DNA of 64,000 bases from Pseudomonadota bacterium (GTDB taxonomy: Bacteria > Pseudomonadota > Gammaproteobacteria > Burkholderiales > Burkholderiaceae_C). The number at the start of each line of letters is the position of its first letter. Position 1 is the stretch's first letter. A program made the translations under genes and the position numbers. The DNA is taken from positions 1,611 to 65,610 of the forward strand of contig JAFEFZ010000192.1 in NCBI GenBank assembly GCA_018240325.1, written 5' to 3'. The notes below the pieces were generated by a model, which ran no database searches, had not been told where the DNA came from, and saw nothing but the letters and a program-made list of their open reading frames with translations. Shown piece by piece: positions 9,005 through 18,128 of the stretch.

Positions 9005-12000
9005 ATGACATCCGACCCCGTTGCCGGTACCGCCCCTGCACCCACGCGCCGGCGCTGGCTGCGCTGGGTGGCGGTGCTGCTGGGGGTGCTGGTCGCGCTG
9101 ACGCTGTTCGCGTGGCTGGCGCTGCCGCCGCTGCTGAAGCCGCAGATCGAGCAGCGGGCGTCGGCCGAACTCGGCCGGCCGGTGCGGATCGGCGAGCTGA
9201 GCTTCGAGCCCTGGGCCTTGCGGCTGGGCGTCTCAGACTTGTCGATCGGCCCCGCGGCGGGCGCGGCCGATACCGAGCCGCTGCTGCAGGTCCGGCGCAT
9301 CGTGATGGACCTGAGCGCGCGCTCGCTGCTGCGGCTGGCGCCGGTGATCGAATCGCTCGACATCGAAGGCCCGAAGCTGCGCCTGGCGCGGCTGGGCGAA
9401 GGCCGCTACGACATCGACGACTTGATCCGGCGCTTCGCCGACCGGCCGCAGCCGGCGCAGCCGGCGAAGCCGCAGCACTTCGCGCTGTTCAACCTGCGCA
9501 TCAGCGACGGTGCGCTGCGTTTCGACGACCAGCCGGTGGCGCGCGTGCACGATCTGCACGGCTTGCGGTTCGAGCTGCCCTTCCTGTCGAACCTGCCCGA
9601 CAGGCTCGAAGTCAAGGTGGAGCCGCGGCTCGGCTTCGTGCTCGACGACGCCCCCTTCGAGATCAAAGGCCGGAGCACGCCGTTCGCGCAGGGCCGGGCA
9701 TCCCAGTTCGACATCCGCTTCGATCGTCTCGAACTGGGCCCGATGTGGGCCTACCTGCCCGACGCGCTGCCGGTGCGTCCCGAGGGCGGGGTGCTGGACA
9801 GCGACCTGGTGCTCGGCTTCGAGCAGCACGACGATCAGCCGCCGCGGCTGCGCTTGGCCGGCACGGTCGCGCTGCACGACCTGGGCGTGCGCGAGCGCGG
9901 CGGTGCGCCGTTGCTGGGCTGGCAGAGCCTGCGCGTGCACATGGCCGACGTGCAGCCGCTGCAGCGCCATGTCGGGCTCGAGAAGGTGCAGATCGCAGGG
10001 CTGCAGCTGCAGCTGGCGCGCGAGCCCGACGGCCGGCTGAACCTTCAGCGCCTGGCGGCCGCGGGCCATGCACACGCGGCCGCGGCGCCGGCGGCGGCGA
10101 GCGCGCCGATCCAGGCGGCATCGGCGCCGGCAGCGGCATCGGCAACCGCACCGGCAACCGCACCGGCAACCGCACCGGCAACCGCACCGGCACCGGCATC
10201 GGCATCGGCATCGGCATCGGCATCGGCCGGCGCGCCGCCCGGCGGCGGCTGGACCGTGCTGCTCGGGTCCTTCGAGCTGGACGGCGCGCGCGTCGATTGG
10301 CGCGACCAGACGCTGCAGCCGGCGGCAGAGCTGCGCATCGAGCCGCTGGGCCTGCGCATGGCCGACCTGCGCTGGCCGGCCGACGCCGACGCGACGCTGC
10401 AACTCGATGCGCGCGTCCAGGCAGCCGGCGGCCAGCCGGCAGCGGCGCTGCACGCCGAAGGCAAGGGCAGCGACCGCAGCGCGCAGCTGGCGTGGAAGCT
10501 CGCCGACGTCGACCTGGCCGCGGCTGCGCCGTACCTGCGCGACCGGCTGCGCCCGGGCCTGAGCGGCCGTGCTGCGGCCGAGGGCAGCGTGGCCTGGGCC
10601 GGCGGCGGCGCCCCCAAGCTTGTCGTCGGCGTGGCTCGGCTGCAGCTCGACGACCTGAAGCTGAGCGAGCCCGCCGCCGCCGGCAAGCGGGCTGCGCCGG
10701 CAGCGCCGGTGCTGCAACTGCCGCGGCTCGAACTCGCCGGTGTCGAGGCCGACCTGTATCGCGAGCGCGTCACGGCCGATTCGCTGCAACTGACCCGGCC
10801 GGCAGCCGAGTTGCGGCGCGGCGCCGACGGTCGGCTCGACGCGCAGGATTGGTGGATCGAGCCGGCCGCTTCGAACACGGCCGCAAGGCCTGCAAGCGCC
10901 GAGCCGCCCGCCCGGGCCGCGACCGCCGAGCCGCCTGCCTCGGCCTCGGCCGCTGGCGCGCCTGCCGCTGGCGCGCCTGCCGCCGGCGGCTGGCGCGGCG
11001 AGCTGAAGCAGTTGCGCGTCGACGGCGCCCGGGTGCGGTTGAACGATGCGGCGCTGCCGGCTTCGCCGCTGCAGCTGGCGGCGGTGCAGTTGCGCGCGTC
11101 AGGGCTGGCGTGGCCGATCGACGGCAGCGCGTCGGCGGGCTGGCCGCTGGAACTGGCGGCGCAATTCAGCCATGCCGGCAGCCGCACGCCGGCGCGGCTG
11201 GACTGGAACGGCCGCATCGGCGCGCAGCCGCTGCTGGCGCGCGGCCGGCTGCTGGTGGAGCGGCTGCCGGTGCACGTGTTCACGCCCTTGTTCGCGGCGC
11301 AGATGCCGGTGGTGATCCGGCGGCTGGAAGCGGGCTTTCGCGGCGAGGTCGACCTGCGCCGGCAGGGCGACGACTGGGTCGGCCAGCTGCGCGGCGATGC
11401 GCTGCTGGCCGACATGCGCCTGGGCCTGGCCGGCGCGCCGGCTGCCGCGCCGGCCGCCAAGCCGGCCGCCGCACCGGCTGCCACACTGGCCGCCGCACCG
11501 GCTGCCGCCGCACCGGCTGCCGCCGATACGCAGGACCCGAATCAGGATCTGGTCAGCTGGAACGCGGTGGCGGCGAACGGGCTGGACTTGCGCCTGGCGC
11601 CGCCGGCCAAGCCGCTGCTGCAGATCGACACGCTGCGCATCGACGACTACGCATCGCGCGTGGTGGTCACCCCGGACGGCAGGCTCAACCTGCAGACCGC
11701 GGCCGCTGCGCCGGGCGCGACCGCTGCGGCTGCGCCGGGCGCGACCGCTGCGGCTGCGGCCAACGCGGCTTCGGCGCCCGCGGCCGCCGCGGCTTCGGCG
11801 CCGCCGGCGGTTGCCGCGCCGGTGACCGCGCTCAGCGGCCTGCCGATCGACTTCGTGATCGGCTCGACCACGTTCAGCAACGCCCAGGTCGATTTCCACG
11901 ACTTCTTCATCCGGCCCAACTACAGCGCCGAGCTCAGCGAGCTCGACGGCACGGTCGGCCGGCTCGACAGCCGCAGCCGCGACGCGGCGACGCTGCAGGT

Positions 12001-13120
12001 CAAGGGCCGTGTCGCCGGCACCGGGCTGTTGCAGATCGAAGGCTCGGTCAACCCGGTGGTGCGCCCGCCGGTGCTGGACCTGAAGGCGAGCGCCACCGAC
12101 ATCGAGCTGCCCGGCCTGTCGCCGTACAGCGCCAAGTACGCCGGCTATCCGATCGAGCGCGGCAAGCTCAGCGCCACCGTCGCGTACAAGGTCGGTGCCG
12201 ACGGCAAGCTCGACGCGAGCAACCGCATCGTGATCGACCAGCTGACCTTTGGCCCGTGGAGCGACAGCCCGAGCGCGACCAAGCTGCCGGTCAAGCTCGC
12301 CGTGGCGCTGCTGCAGGACGCCAACGGCGTGATCGATCTCGACATCCCGGTCAGCGGCTCGATCGACGACCCGAAGTTCAGCGTCGGCGCGCTGATCTGG
12401 AAGGCGATCGTCAACCTGCTGACCCGGGCGGTGACGTCGCCGTTCTCGCTGCTGGGCGGCGGCGGCAAGGACCTGAGCGTGGTGCCCTTCGAGCCCGGCA
12501 CCGCGCAGTTCGCCGCCGGCGGCGCGGCGGTGATCGATTCGGTCGCCAAGGCGATGGCCGAGCGGCCGAAGCTGCGGCTGACGATCGCCGGCGAAGCCGA
12601 CTACGCGCGCGAACGCGAAGCGATGCAGCGCGCCGCGCTCGAGCAGCGGCTGCGCGACGAGCAGCGGCGCGAGCGCGCGCGCGGCTCGCTGGGCAGCAGC
12701 ACCGCGGATGCCGACGCGCCGCTGCCGCCGCTGGGCGCCGACGAGCGCGCGCGGCTGCTGGCGCGCGTCTACGACGACACCAAGCTGCCCGACAAGCCGC
12801 GCAACCTGATCGGCATGGCCAAGCGCATCCCGCCGGCGCAGATGGAATCGATGCTGGCCGCCGCGATGCCGGTGGACGAAGCGGCGGCGCACACGCTCGC
12901 GCAACTGCGCGGCCGCAGCGTGCGCGATGCACTGCTGGCCAAGGGCCTGCCCGGCTCGCGCCTGTTCCTGGCCGATGCCAAGGGCGCGACGAGGGACGAT
13001 GCGAAGGCCGATCTGAAGGCCGACGCGAAGGCGGACGAGAAGGCCGGCGGCGCGTCCGCGGACCAAGGCGGCGCCGGCGCGTGGACGCCGCGCGCGCGCC
13101 TGACGCTGGCGGTGGAGTAG
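9005..13120 (+). CDS. DUF748 / AsmA-like envelope protein (1371 aa) with low-complexity Ala/Pro linkers
   Basis: N-terminal TM helix, repeated beta-rich units, LSPYSAKYAGYPIERGKL, LAVALLQDANGVIDLDIPVSGSIDDPKFS, and an OmpA-like C-terminal region. Confidence 0.88.
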   Translation: MTSDPVAGTAPAPTRRRWLRWVAVLLGVLVALTLFAWLALPPLLKPQIEQRASAELGRPVRIGELSFEPWALRLGVSDLSIGPAAGAADTEPLLQVRRIVMDLSARSLLRLAPVIESLDIEGPKLRLARLGEGRYDIDDLIRRFADRPQPAQPAKPQHFALFNLRISDGALRFDDQPVARVHDLHGLRFELPFLSNLPDRLEVKVEPRLGFVLDDAPFEIKGRSTPFAQGRASQFDIRFDRLELGPMWAYLPDALPVRPEGGVLDSDLVLGFEQHDDQPPRLRLAGTVALHDLGVRERGGAPLLGWQSLRVHMADVQPLQRHVGLEKVQIAGLQLQLAREPDGRLNLQRLAAAGHAHAAAAPAAASAPIQAASAPAAASATAPATAPATAPATAPAPASASASASASAGAPPGGGWTVLLGSFELDGARVDWRDQTLQPAAELRIEPLGLRMADLRWPADADATLQLDARVQAAGGQPAAALHAEGKGSDRSAQLAWKLADVDLAAAAPYLRDRLRPGLSGRAAAEGSVAWAGGGAPKLVVGVARLQLDDLKLSEPAAAGKRAAPAAPVLQLPRLELAGVEADLYRERVTADSLQLTRPAAELRRGADGRLDAQDWWIEPAASNTAARPASAEPPARAATAEPPASASAAGAPAAGAPAAGGWRGELKQLRVDGARVRLNDAALPASPLQLAAVQLRASGLAWPIDGSASAGWPLELAAQFSHAGSRTPARLDWNGRIGAQPLLARGRLLVERLPVHVFTPLFAAQMPVVIRRLEAGFRGEVDLRRQGDDWVGQLRGDALLADMRLGLAGAPAAAPAAKPAAAPAATLAAAPAAAAPAAADTQDPNQDLVSWNAVAANGLDLRLAPPAKPLLQIDTLRIDDYASRVVVTPDGRLNLQTAAAAPGATAAAAPGATAAAAANAASAPAAAAASAPPAVAAPVTALSGLPIDFVIGSTTFSNAQVDFHDFFIRPNYSAELSELDGTVGRLDSRSRDAATLQVKGRVAGTGLLQIEGSVNPVVRPPVLDLKASATDIELPGLSPYSAKYAGYPIERGKLSATVAYKVGADGKLDASNRIVIDQLTFGPWSDSPSATKLPVKLAVALLQDANGVIDLDIPVSGSIDDPKFSVGALIWKAIVNLLTRAVTSPFSLLGGGGKDLSVVPFEPGTAQFAAGGAAVIDSVAKAMAERPKLRLTIAGEADYAREREAMQRAALEQRLRDEQRRERARGSLGSSTADADAPLPPLGADERARLLARVYDDTKLPDKPRNLIGMAKRIPPAQMESMLAAAMPVDEAAAHTLAQLRGRSVRDALLAKGLPGSRLFLADAKGATRDDAKADLKADAKADEKAGGASADQGGAGAWTPRARLTLAVE
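10138..10227 (+). repeat. In-frame tandem repeats (12-nt and 6-nt units) encoding (APAT)n(AS)n
   Basis: GCACCGGCAACC about 4 times, then GCATCG 5 times. Confidence 0.9.
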
Positions 13121-13166
13121 CGCCGCGGCGTGTCGGGCGCGACAGCGGAAAAGAGGGGGGCGGAAC

Positions 13167-13697
13167 ATGGCGCACGAGGCGATCACCCTGGCCGGCGGCT
13201 GCTTCTGGTGCACGGAAGCGGTGTTCGAGCAGGTCGAGGGCGTGCTCGCGGTCGAGTCGGGCTACAGCAACGGCCACACGCCGTCGCCGAGCTACGAGCA
13301 GGTGTGCAGCGGCCGCACCGGCCACGCCGAGGTGGTGCGCGTCGAATTCGACCCCGCGCGCATCGGGCTGCGCGACGTGCTCGAGATCTTCTTCGCCACC
13401 CACGACCCGACCACGCTCAACCGCCAGGGCGGCGACATCGGCACGCAGTACCGCTCGGGCATCTACCTGCACGACGAGGCGCAGCGCGCGGTGGCCCAAT
13501 CGGTGCACGACGAGGCCAACGCCGCGCACCGCGGCCGCGTGGTCACCGAGATCGAGCCGCTGCACGACTACACGCGTGCCGAGGACTACCACCAGCACTA
13601 CTTCGCGCGCCATCCGGGGCAGGGCTACTGCGACGCGGTGATCGCGCCCAAGCTCGACAAGTTCCGCCGTACCTTCAAGGCCCGGCTGCGCGGCTGA
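13167..13697 (+). CDS. msrA: Peptide-methionine (S)-S-oxide reductase
   Basis: LAGGCFWCTE, YEQVCSGRTGHAEVV, QYRSGIY, AEDYHQHY. Confidence 0.96.
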   Translation: MAHEAITLAGGCFWCTEAVFEQVEGVLAVESGYSNGHTPSPSYEQVCSGRTGHAEVVRVEFDPARIGLRDVLEIFFATHDPTTLNRQGGDIGTQYRSGIYLHDEAQRAVAQSVHDEANAAHRGRVVTEIEPLHDYTRAEDYHQHYFARHPGQGYCDAVIAPKLDKFRRTFKARLRG

Positions 13698-13723
13698 ACA
13701 AGGGGCCGCGGCCGGCCCGGCCT

Positions 13724-14362
13724 TCAGGGCGCGAGGCGCTCGCGCAGCCAGCCTGTGCCGTCGCGGCGGTAGCGCAGCCGGTCGTGCAGCCGGCTCTTGC
13801 GCCCCTGCCAGAACTCCCAGGTGTCGGGGTCGAGCCGGTAGCCGCCCCAGTGCGGCGGCCGCGGCGGGTGCAGCCCGTACTTCAGGCCGAAGCGCCCGGC
13901 ATTGGCCACCAGCACCGCGCGCGACGCAATCACCTCGCTCTGCGGCGACGCCCAGGCGCCGATGCGCGAATCGAGCGGTCGGCTGGCGTAGTAGGCGTCG
14001 GACAGCTCGGGTTCGACGCGCGCGACCCGGCCCTCGATGCGCACCACGCGCTCGAGCTCGACCCAGTGGAACTGCAGCGCCGCCTGCGCGTGGGCCTCGA
14101 GTTCGCGCCCCTTGCGGCTTTCGTAGTTGCTGTACCAGACCAGGCCGCGTGCGTCGTAGCCCTTGAGCAGCACGATGCGCGTGGACGGCCGGCCGCCTTC
14201 GCCGACCGTGGCCAGCGTCATCGCCGTCGGCTCGGGCAGTTGCGCGTCGAGCGCCTGGTGCATCCAGCGCGCGAACTGCTGCAGCGGTTCGGATTCAGCT
14301 GCGCTCTCGTCGAGCGCGTCGCGCTCGTAGCTCTTGCGCAGGTCGGCGAGATTCGGCTTCAT
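13724..14362 (-). CDS. pdxH: Pyridoxamine 5'-phosphate oxidase
   Basis: [52 protein letters not shown]. Confidence 0.96.
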   Translation of the reverse strand: MKPNLADLRKSYERDALDESAAESEPLQQFARWMHQALDAQLPEPTAMTLATVGEGGRPSTRIVLLKGYDARGLVWYSNYESRKGRELEAHAQAALQFHWVELERVVRIEGRVARVEPELSDAYYASRPLDSRIGAWASPQSEVIASRAVLVANAGRFGLKYGLHPPRPPHWGGYRLDPDTWEFWQGRKSRLHDRLRYRRDGTGWLRERLAP

Positions 14363-14547
14363 CGGTGGGCGGCAGGCAGGCGGCAGCGCGGCCGCAGTAT
14401 GCCGCGCGCCGGCGTTGCGCATCTTTGCGTAGGTGCTAGGCCCTAAGTGAAGCTCCCAGTACCCGCCGGCCACGCTGTCGCGCGATCCTTCGCGCTTCGC
14501 TGCGGCCGCGGGTGCGGCCGCCAACCGAAGACAGGCAGGGCAGGGCC

Positions 14548-15162
14548 ATGCAGAGCCGTCCGACCGTGGTCGTCCTGGCTGCCGGCAGGGGCAGCCGCTT
14601 CAAGGGTGACGTCCACAAGCTGCAGCAGCAGTTCGAAGGGACGACCGTGCTCGGCAGCACCGTGCGCCACGCGATCGCCAGCCACCTGCCGGTGGTGGTG
14701 GTCACCACCGAGCAACTGGCCGGCGCCGCCGGGCGCCTGGTGGCTGCGCGCGACGTGGTCGTGGTGCCGCAGACCGCGGGCGGCTACGGCATGGGCCATT
14801 CGATCGCGGCGGGCGTCGCGGCGCGCGCCGATGCGCCGGGTTGGCTGCTGCTGCCGGGCGACATGCCGCTGGTGCAGCCGGCCACGCTGCTGGCGGTGGC
14901 CGCCGCGCTCGAGCACCATGCGATCGCCTATGCGCAGTACCGCGGCCGGCGCGGGCACCCGGTGGGTTTCGGCGCCGAGCTGTATTCCGAACTGATCCGG
15001 CTCGAGGGCGACCAGGGCGCGCGGCGCATCGTCGCGCGCTATCCGGCGGTGGGCGTCGATGTCGAAGATGCCGGCGTGCTGGTCGATGTCGATACCGAGG
15101 CCGATCTGGCGGCGCTGCGCGCGCCCGACGCGCAGCCGCCGCGCCCGGACAGCCGCACCTGA
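14548..15162 (+). CDS. MocA/MobA-like nucleotidyltransferase
   Basis: [50 protein letters not shown]. Confidence 0.88.
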   Translation: MQSRPTVVVLAAGRGSRFKGDVHKLQQQFEGTTVLGSTVRHAIASHLPVVVVTTEQLAGAAGRLVAARDVVVVPQTAGGYGMGHSIAAGVAARADAPGWLLLPGDMPLVQPATLLAVAAALEHHAIAYAQYRGRRGHPVGFGAELYSELIRLEGDQGARRIVARYPAVGVDVEDAGVLVDVDTEADLAALRAPDAQPPRPDSRT

Positions 15163-15201
15163 GCGCTTCGCGCTTGGCGGGTCAGCGCGGCGCCGGCGCG
15201 G

Positions 15202-15822
15202 TCAGAGCAGGCCATGCGCCTGCGCCAGCCGCATCAACCGCTGCACCTCGCGGTCGTGCACGCCGCGCTCGCGCAAGGCCTGCGCGGTGGCCGCCAAGTA
15301 TTGCAGCGTCGTGCCGTAGCGGCCGCTGGCGTGGCGCAGGATGTGCAGCATCTGCTCGTCGGGGATGCGGCCCATGTAGGCTTCGCTGCGCCGGCCGAGC
15401 GTGAAGGCCAGCGCGTGCACCGTGCCTTGCGGCGTGGCCGCCGGCAGCCAGCGCGGGTCGTACACGCCGGTGGGCATCTCGCGCGCCCACAACTGCTCGA
15501 GCTCGGCGTCGGCGGTTTCGCGCCGCAGCCGGAACACCACGCCGCGGCAGGCGCCGCCGGGCATCAGCGCGAACACCAGCCCGGGCTGCTGCGGCGTGCC
15601 GCGGTTGACGCGCGAGCGCATGCGCAGCGCGCGGTGCCAGCCGTGCACCCGCGCGCTGCGGTGCTCGACGGCATCGAACTCCTGGCGCCAGATCAGCGAC
15701 GCATAGCCGAAGACCCACAGGTCGCCGTGGCCGTGCAGCTGCGCACGCGTGCGCGCGAGCAGCGCGGCCGGGTCGCGGCCGGGCAGCGGCGGCGGCATCA
15801 AGGCGGGGGCGGCGTCGTACAC
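15202..15822 (-). CDS. chaC: ChaC-family gamma-glutamylcyclotransferase
   Basis: LWVFGYASLIW, RGTPQQPGLVFAL, LWAREM, SGRYGTTLQYL. Confidence 0.9.
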   Translation of the reverse strand: MYDAAPALMPPPLPGRDPAALLARTRAQLHGHGDLWVFGYASLIWRQEFDAVEHRSARVHGWHRALRMRSRVNRGTPQQPGLVFALMPGGACRGVVFRLRRETADAELEQLWAREMPTGVYDPRWLPAATPQGTVHALAFTLGRRSEAYMGRIPDEQMLHILRHASGRYGTTLQYLAATAQALRERGVHDREVQRLMRLAQAHGLL

Positions 15823-15912
15823 CGGATCGGGTCTCGAATTGGGGATCGGCGGGCAGCCGCCGCGCCGCTATCATCGCGCGCCCTGAACAGCCCTATCCGA
15901 GAGGATTTCACG

Positions 15913-16473
15913 ATGATCGCAATTACCCGCCTGGCCGCCGCCGTGGCGCTGACCGTGGGCATCGCCGCCCACGCCCAAACCCAGCCCGCCGTGGCGGCGG
16001 CCGGTGCGCTCAAGGCGCGCGCCACGGTCGAAGCCATCGACCAGGCCACGCGCATGGTCACGCTGCGCGCCGAGAACGGCGAGACCGTGACCTTCAAGGC
16101 CGGCCCGGAGATCAAGAACCTCGCGCAGGTGAAGCAGGGCGACGTGGGCACGATGGAATACGTGCGCGCGGTCGCGCTCGAACTGCAGCCGGGCGGCAGC
16201 GGCATCGCGAGCCGGGTGGAAAGCTCGGCCTCGGGCGCGGCCAAGCCGGGCGAGCGGCCGGCCGGCGTGGGGACCGACAAGGTCGTGATCACCGCGCCGG
16301 TGCGCTCGGTCGACACGGCCAACCGCACGGTCACCGTGATGGCGCCGAACAACCGGATGCTGACGCTGGACGTGCGCGACCCGGCCGTGCTGGCCCAGGT
16401 GAAGGTGGGCGACACGGTGCGCGCCACCTATTCCGAGGCGCTGCTGATTTCGGTGGCGCCGCCGGCCAAGTAG
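15913..16473 (+). CDS. Exported protein with two tandem OB-fold-like repeats
   Basis: Signal peptide, then two similar units: ATVEAIDQATRMVTLR..LAQVKQGD..Y and APVRSVDTANRTVTV..LAQVKVGDTV..Y. Confidence 0.75.
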   Translation: MIAITRLAAAVALTVGIAAHAQTQPAVAAAGALKARATVEAIDQATRMVTLRAENGETVTFKAGPEIKNLAQVKQGDVGTMEYVRAVALELQPGGSGIASRVESSASGAAKPGERPAGVGTDKVVITAPVRSVDTANRTVTVMAPNNRMLTLDVRDPAVLAQVKVGDTVRATYSEALLISVAPPAK

Positions 16474-16571
16474 CGGCCGGGCGGCGATCGCCTCGGCGCA
16501 GCCGGGGGCGCCCGGTTGCGATGCGCACACGACGGCCCTGCCTGCGCAGGGCCGTCGCGCTTTCAGCCCGC

Positions 16572-17126
16572 TCAGCCCGCGCTGCGCAGGTCGAAGCGCA
16601 GCGCGATCACGCCGCGGCTCGCGTGCCGGGTCAGCGGCAGGCCGCAGCGTTCGAATACGGCCAGCATCGGCGCGTTGCCCGCCAGCACCTCGGCGGTCAG
16701 CACCTGCAGGCCGTGGGTGCGCGCGATGCCGATCAGCAGGCGCAGCAGCGTGCCCGCCAGGCCGCGGCCCTGCCAGTCTTCTTCCACCGTGAAGGCCATC
16801 TCCGCTTCGCGCGGCGGCGTGCCGCTCGCGGCGTCGACGACGTAGCTGCCCGCGCCGATCACGGTCTCGTCGCCGTCGCTGCCGATCGTGGCCAGCAGGA
16901 TCGTGCGCTGCTCGAAGTCGTTGGCATCGAGCTGGCGCAATTCGGTGTCGGTCAGCCGCTTGCGCCAGCCGAAGAAGCGGGTGTAGATCGTCTGCGGCTC
17001 GAGCTGGTCGAAGAAGCGCTGCAGCCGCTCGCGGTCGTCGCCGCGCGCGGCGCGGATGCGCACCGGCGTGCCGTCGCGCAGCCGGGCCGTCTGCTCGAAC
17101 CCGGGGCCCGCGCTGCCGCCGTTCAC
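16572..17126 (-). CDS. GNAT acetyltransferase (Pat/acyl-CoA-synthetase-associated type)
   Basis: LRDGTPVRIR, IYTRFF, AEMAFTVEEDWQGRGLAG, VLAGNAPMLAVF. The GTG start overlaps the ppk2 stop (GTGA). Confidence 0.85.
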   Translation of the reverse strand: MNGGSAGPGFEQTARLRDGTPVRIRAARGDDRERLQRFFDQLEPQTIYTRFFGWRKRLTDTELRQLDANDFEQRTILLATIGSDGDETVIGAGSYVVDAASGTPPREAEMAFTVEEDWQGRGLAGTLLRLLIGIARTHGLQVLTAEVLAGNAPMLAVFERCGLPLTRHASRGVIALRFDLRSAG

Positions 17127-18097
17127 CACGTCTGCGGGATCACGCGGAACGGGTGCGCCGATTCGACGTAGCCGCCGCGCTTCTGGCGCTTGGGCAGTTC
17201 CGGCTTGTCGCGCGGCAGCTCTTCGTACGGGATCCGGCCCAGCAGGTGGCTGATGATGTTCAGGCGCACGTTGCGCTTGAGGTCCGACGGCGCCACCCAC
17301 CAGGGTGCGTGTGCGCTGTCGGTCGCCGCGAACATCAGGTCGCGCGCGCGCGAATAGTCGTACCAGCGGCTGTAGGACTTCAGGTCCATCGGCGACAGCT
17401 TCCAGATCTTGCGCCCGTCCTCGAAGCGCGACTTCAGCCGCCGCGTCTGCTCCTCGGGGCTGACCTCGAGCCAGTATTTCAGCAGGATGATCCCGGAGTC
17501 GACCATCGCGCGCTCGACCAGCGGCACCCCCTTCAGGAACTGGTCGGCCTGCTCGTCGCTGCAAAAGCCCATCACGCGCTCGACGCCGGCGCGGTTGTAC
17601 CAGCTGCGGTCGAAGATCACCACCTCGCCCGCCGCCGGCAGCAGCGGCAGGTAGCGCTGCACGTACATCTGCGTCTTCTCGCGGTCGCTCGGCGCGGGCA
17701 GCGCGATCACGCGGAACACGCGCGGGCTGACGCGCTCGGTGATCGCCTTGATCGTGCCGCCCTTGCCGGCGCCGTCGCGGCCCTCGAACACGATGCACAC
17801 CTTCAGCCCCTTGGCCACCACCCATTCCTGCAGCTTGACCAGCTCGATGTGCAGCTTCTTCAGCGCCTTGTCGTAGGCCTTCCTCGACAAGGCCTGGTTC
17901 TGCGCGGGCTCGCCCGCAGGCGCCTGGCCCGCGGGCGCCGCGGCCGCCGGCGCCTCGGCTGCGGGTGCGTCGGTTGCGGGTGCGTCCGTTGCGCGTGCGT
18001 CGGCCGCAGGTGCGTCGGCCGCAGGTGCGTCGGCTGCCGATGCGGCGGCAGCTTCTTCGGCCCGGCGGCGCTTCTTGTCCTTCTTGCCCATCGTCAT
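17123..18097 (-). CDS. ppk2: Polyphosphate kinase 2
   Basis: FEGRDGAGKGG (Walker A), FDRSWYNRAGVERVMGFC, WKLSPMD. Confidence 0.95.
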   Translation of the reverse strand: MTMGKKDKKRRRAEEAAAASAADAPAADAPAADARATDAPATDAPAAEAPAAAAPAGQAPAGEPAQNQALSRKAYDKALKKLHIELVKLQEWVVAKGLKVCIVFEGRDGAGKGGTIKAITERVSPRVFRVIALPAPSDREKTQMYVQRYLPLLPAAGEVVIFDRSWYNRAGVERVMGFCSDEQADQFLKGVPLVERAMVDSGIILLKYWLEVSPEEQTRRLKSRFEDGRKIWKLSPMDLKSYSRWYDYSRARDLMFAATDSAHAPWWVAPSDLKRNVRLNIISHLLGRIPYEELPRDKPELPKRQKRGGYVESAHPFRVIPQTW

Positions 18098-18128
18098 GGT
18101 CTCCGGTTGAAAGCGATTGCGAGGTTCG

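Noticed and set aside
8839-13641. 1600-aa + strand ORF overlapping the DUF748 gene
   Set aside because: It is an alternate-frame shadow rich in Arg/Ala/Gly/Pro, typical of high-GC DNA, and has no motifs. The 9005..13120 frame has the real domain signatures.
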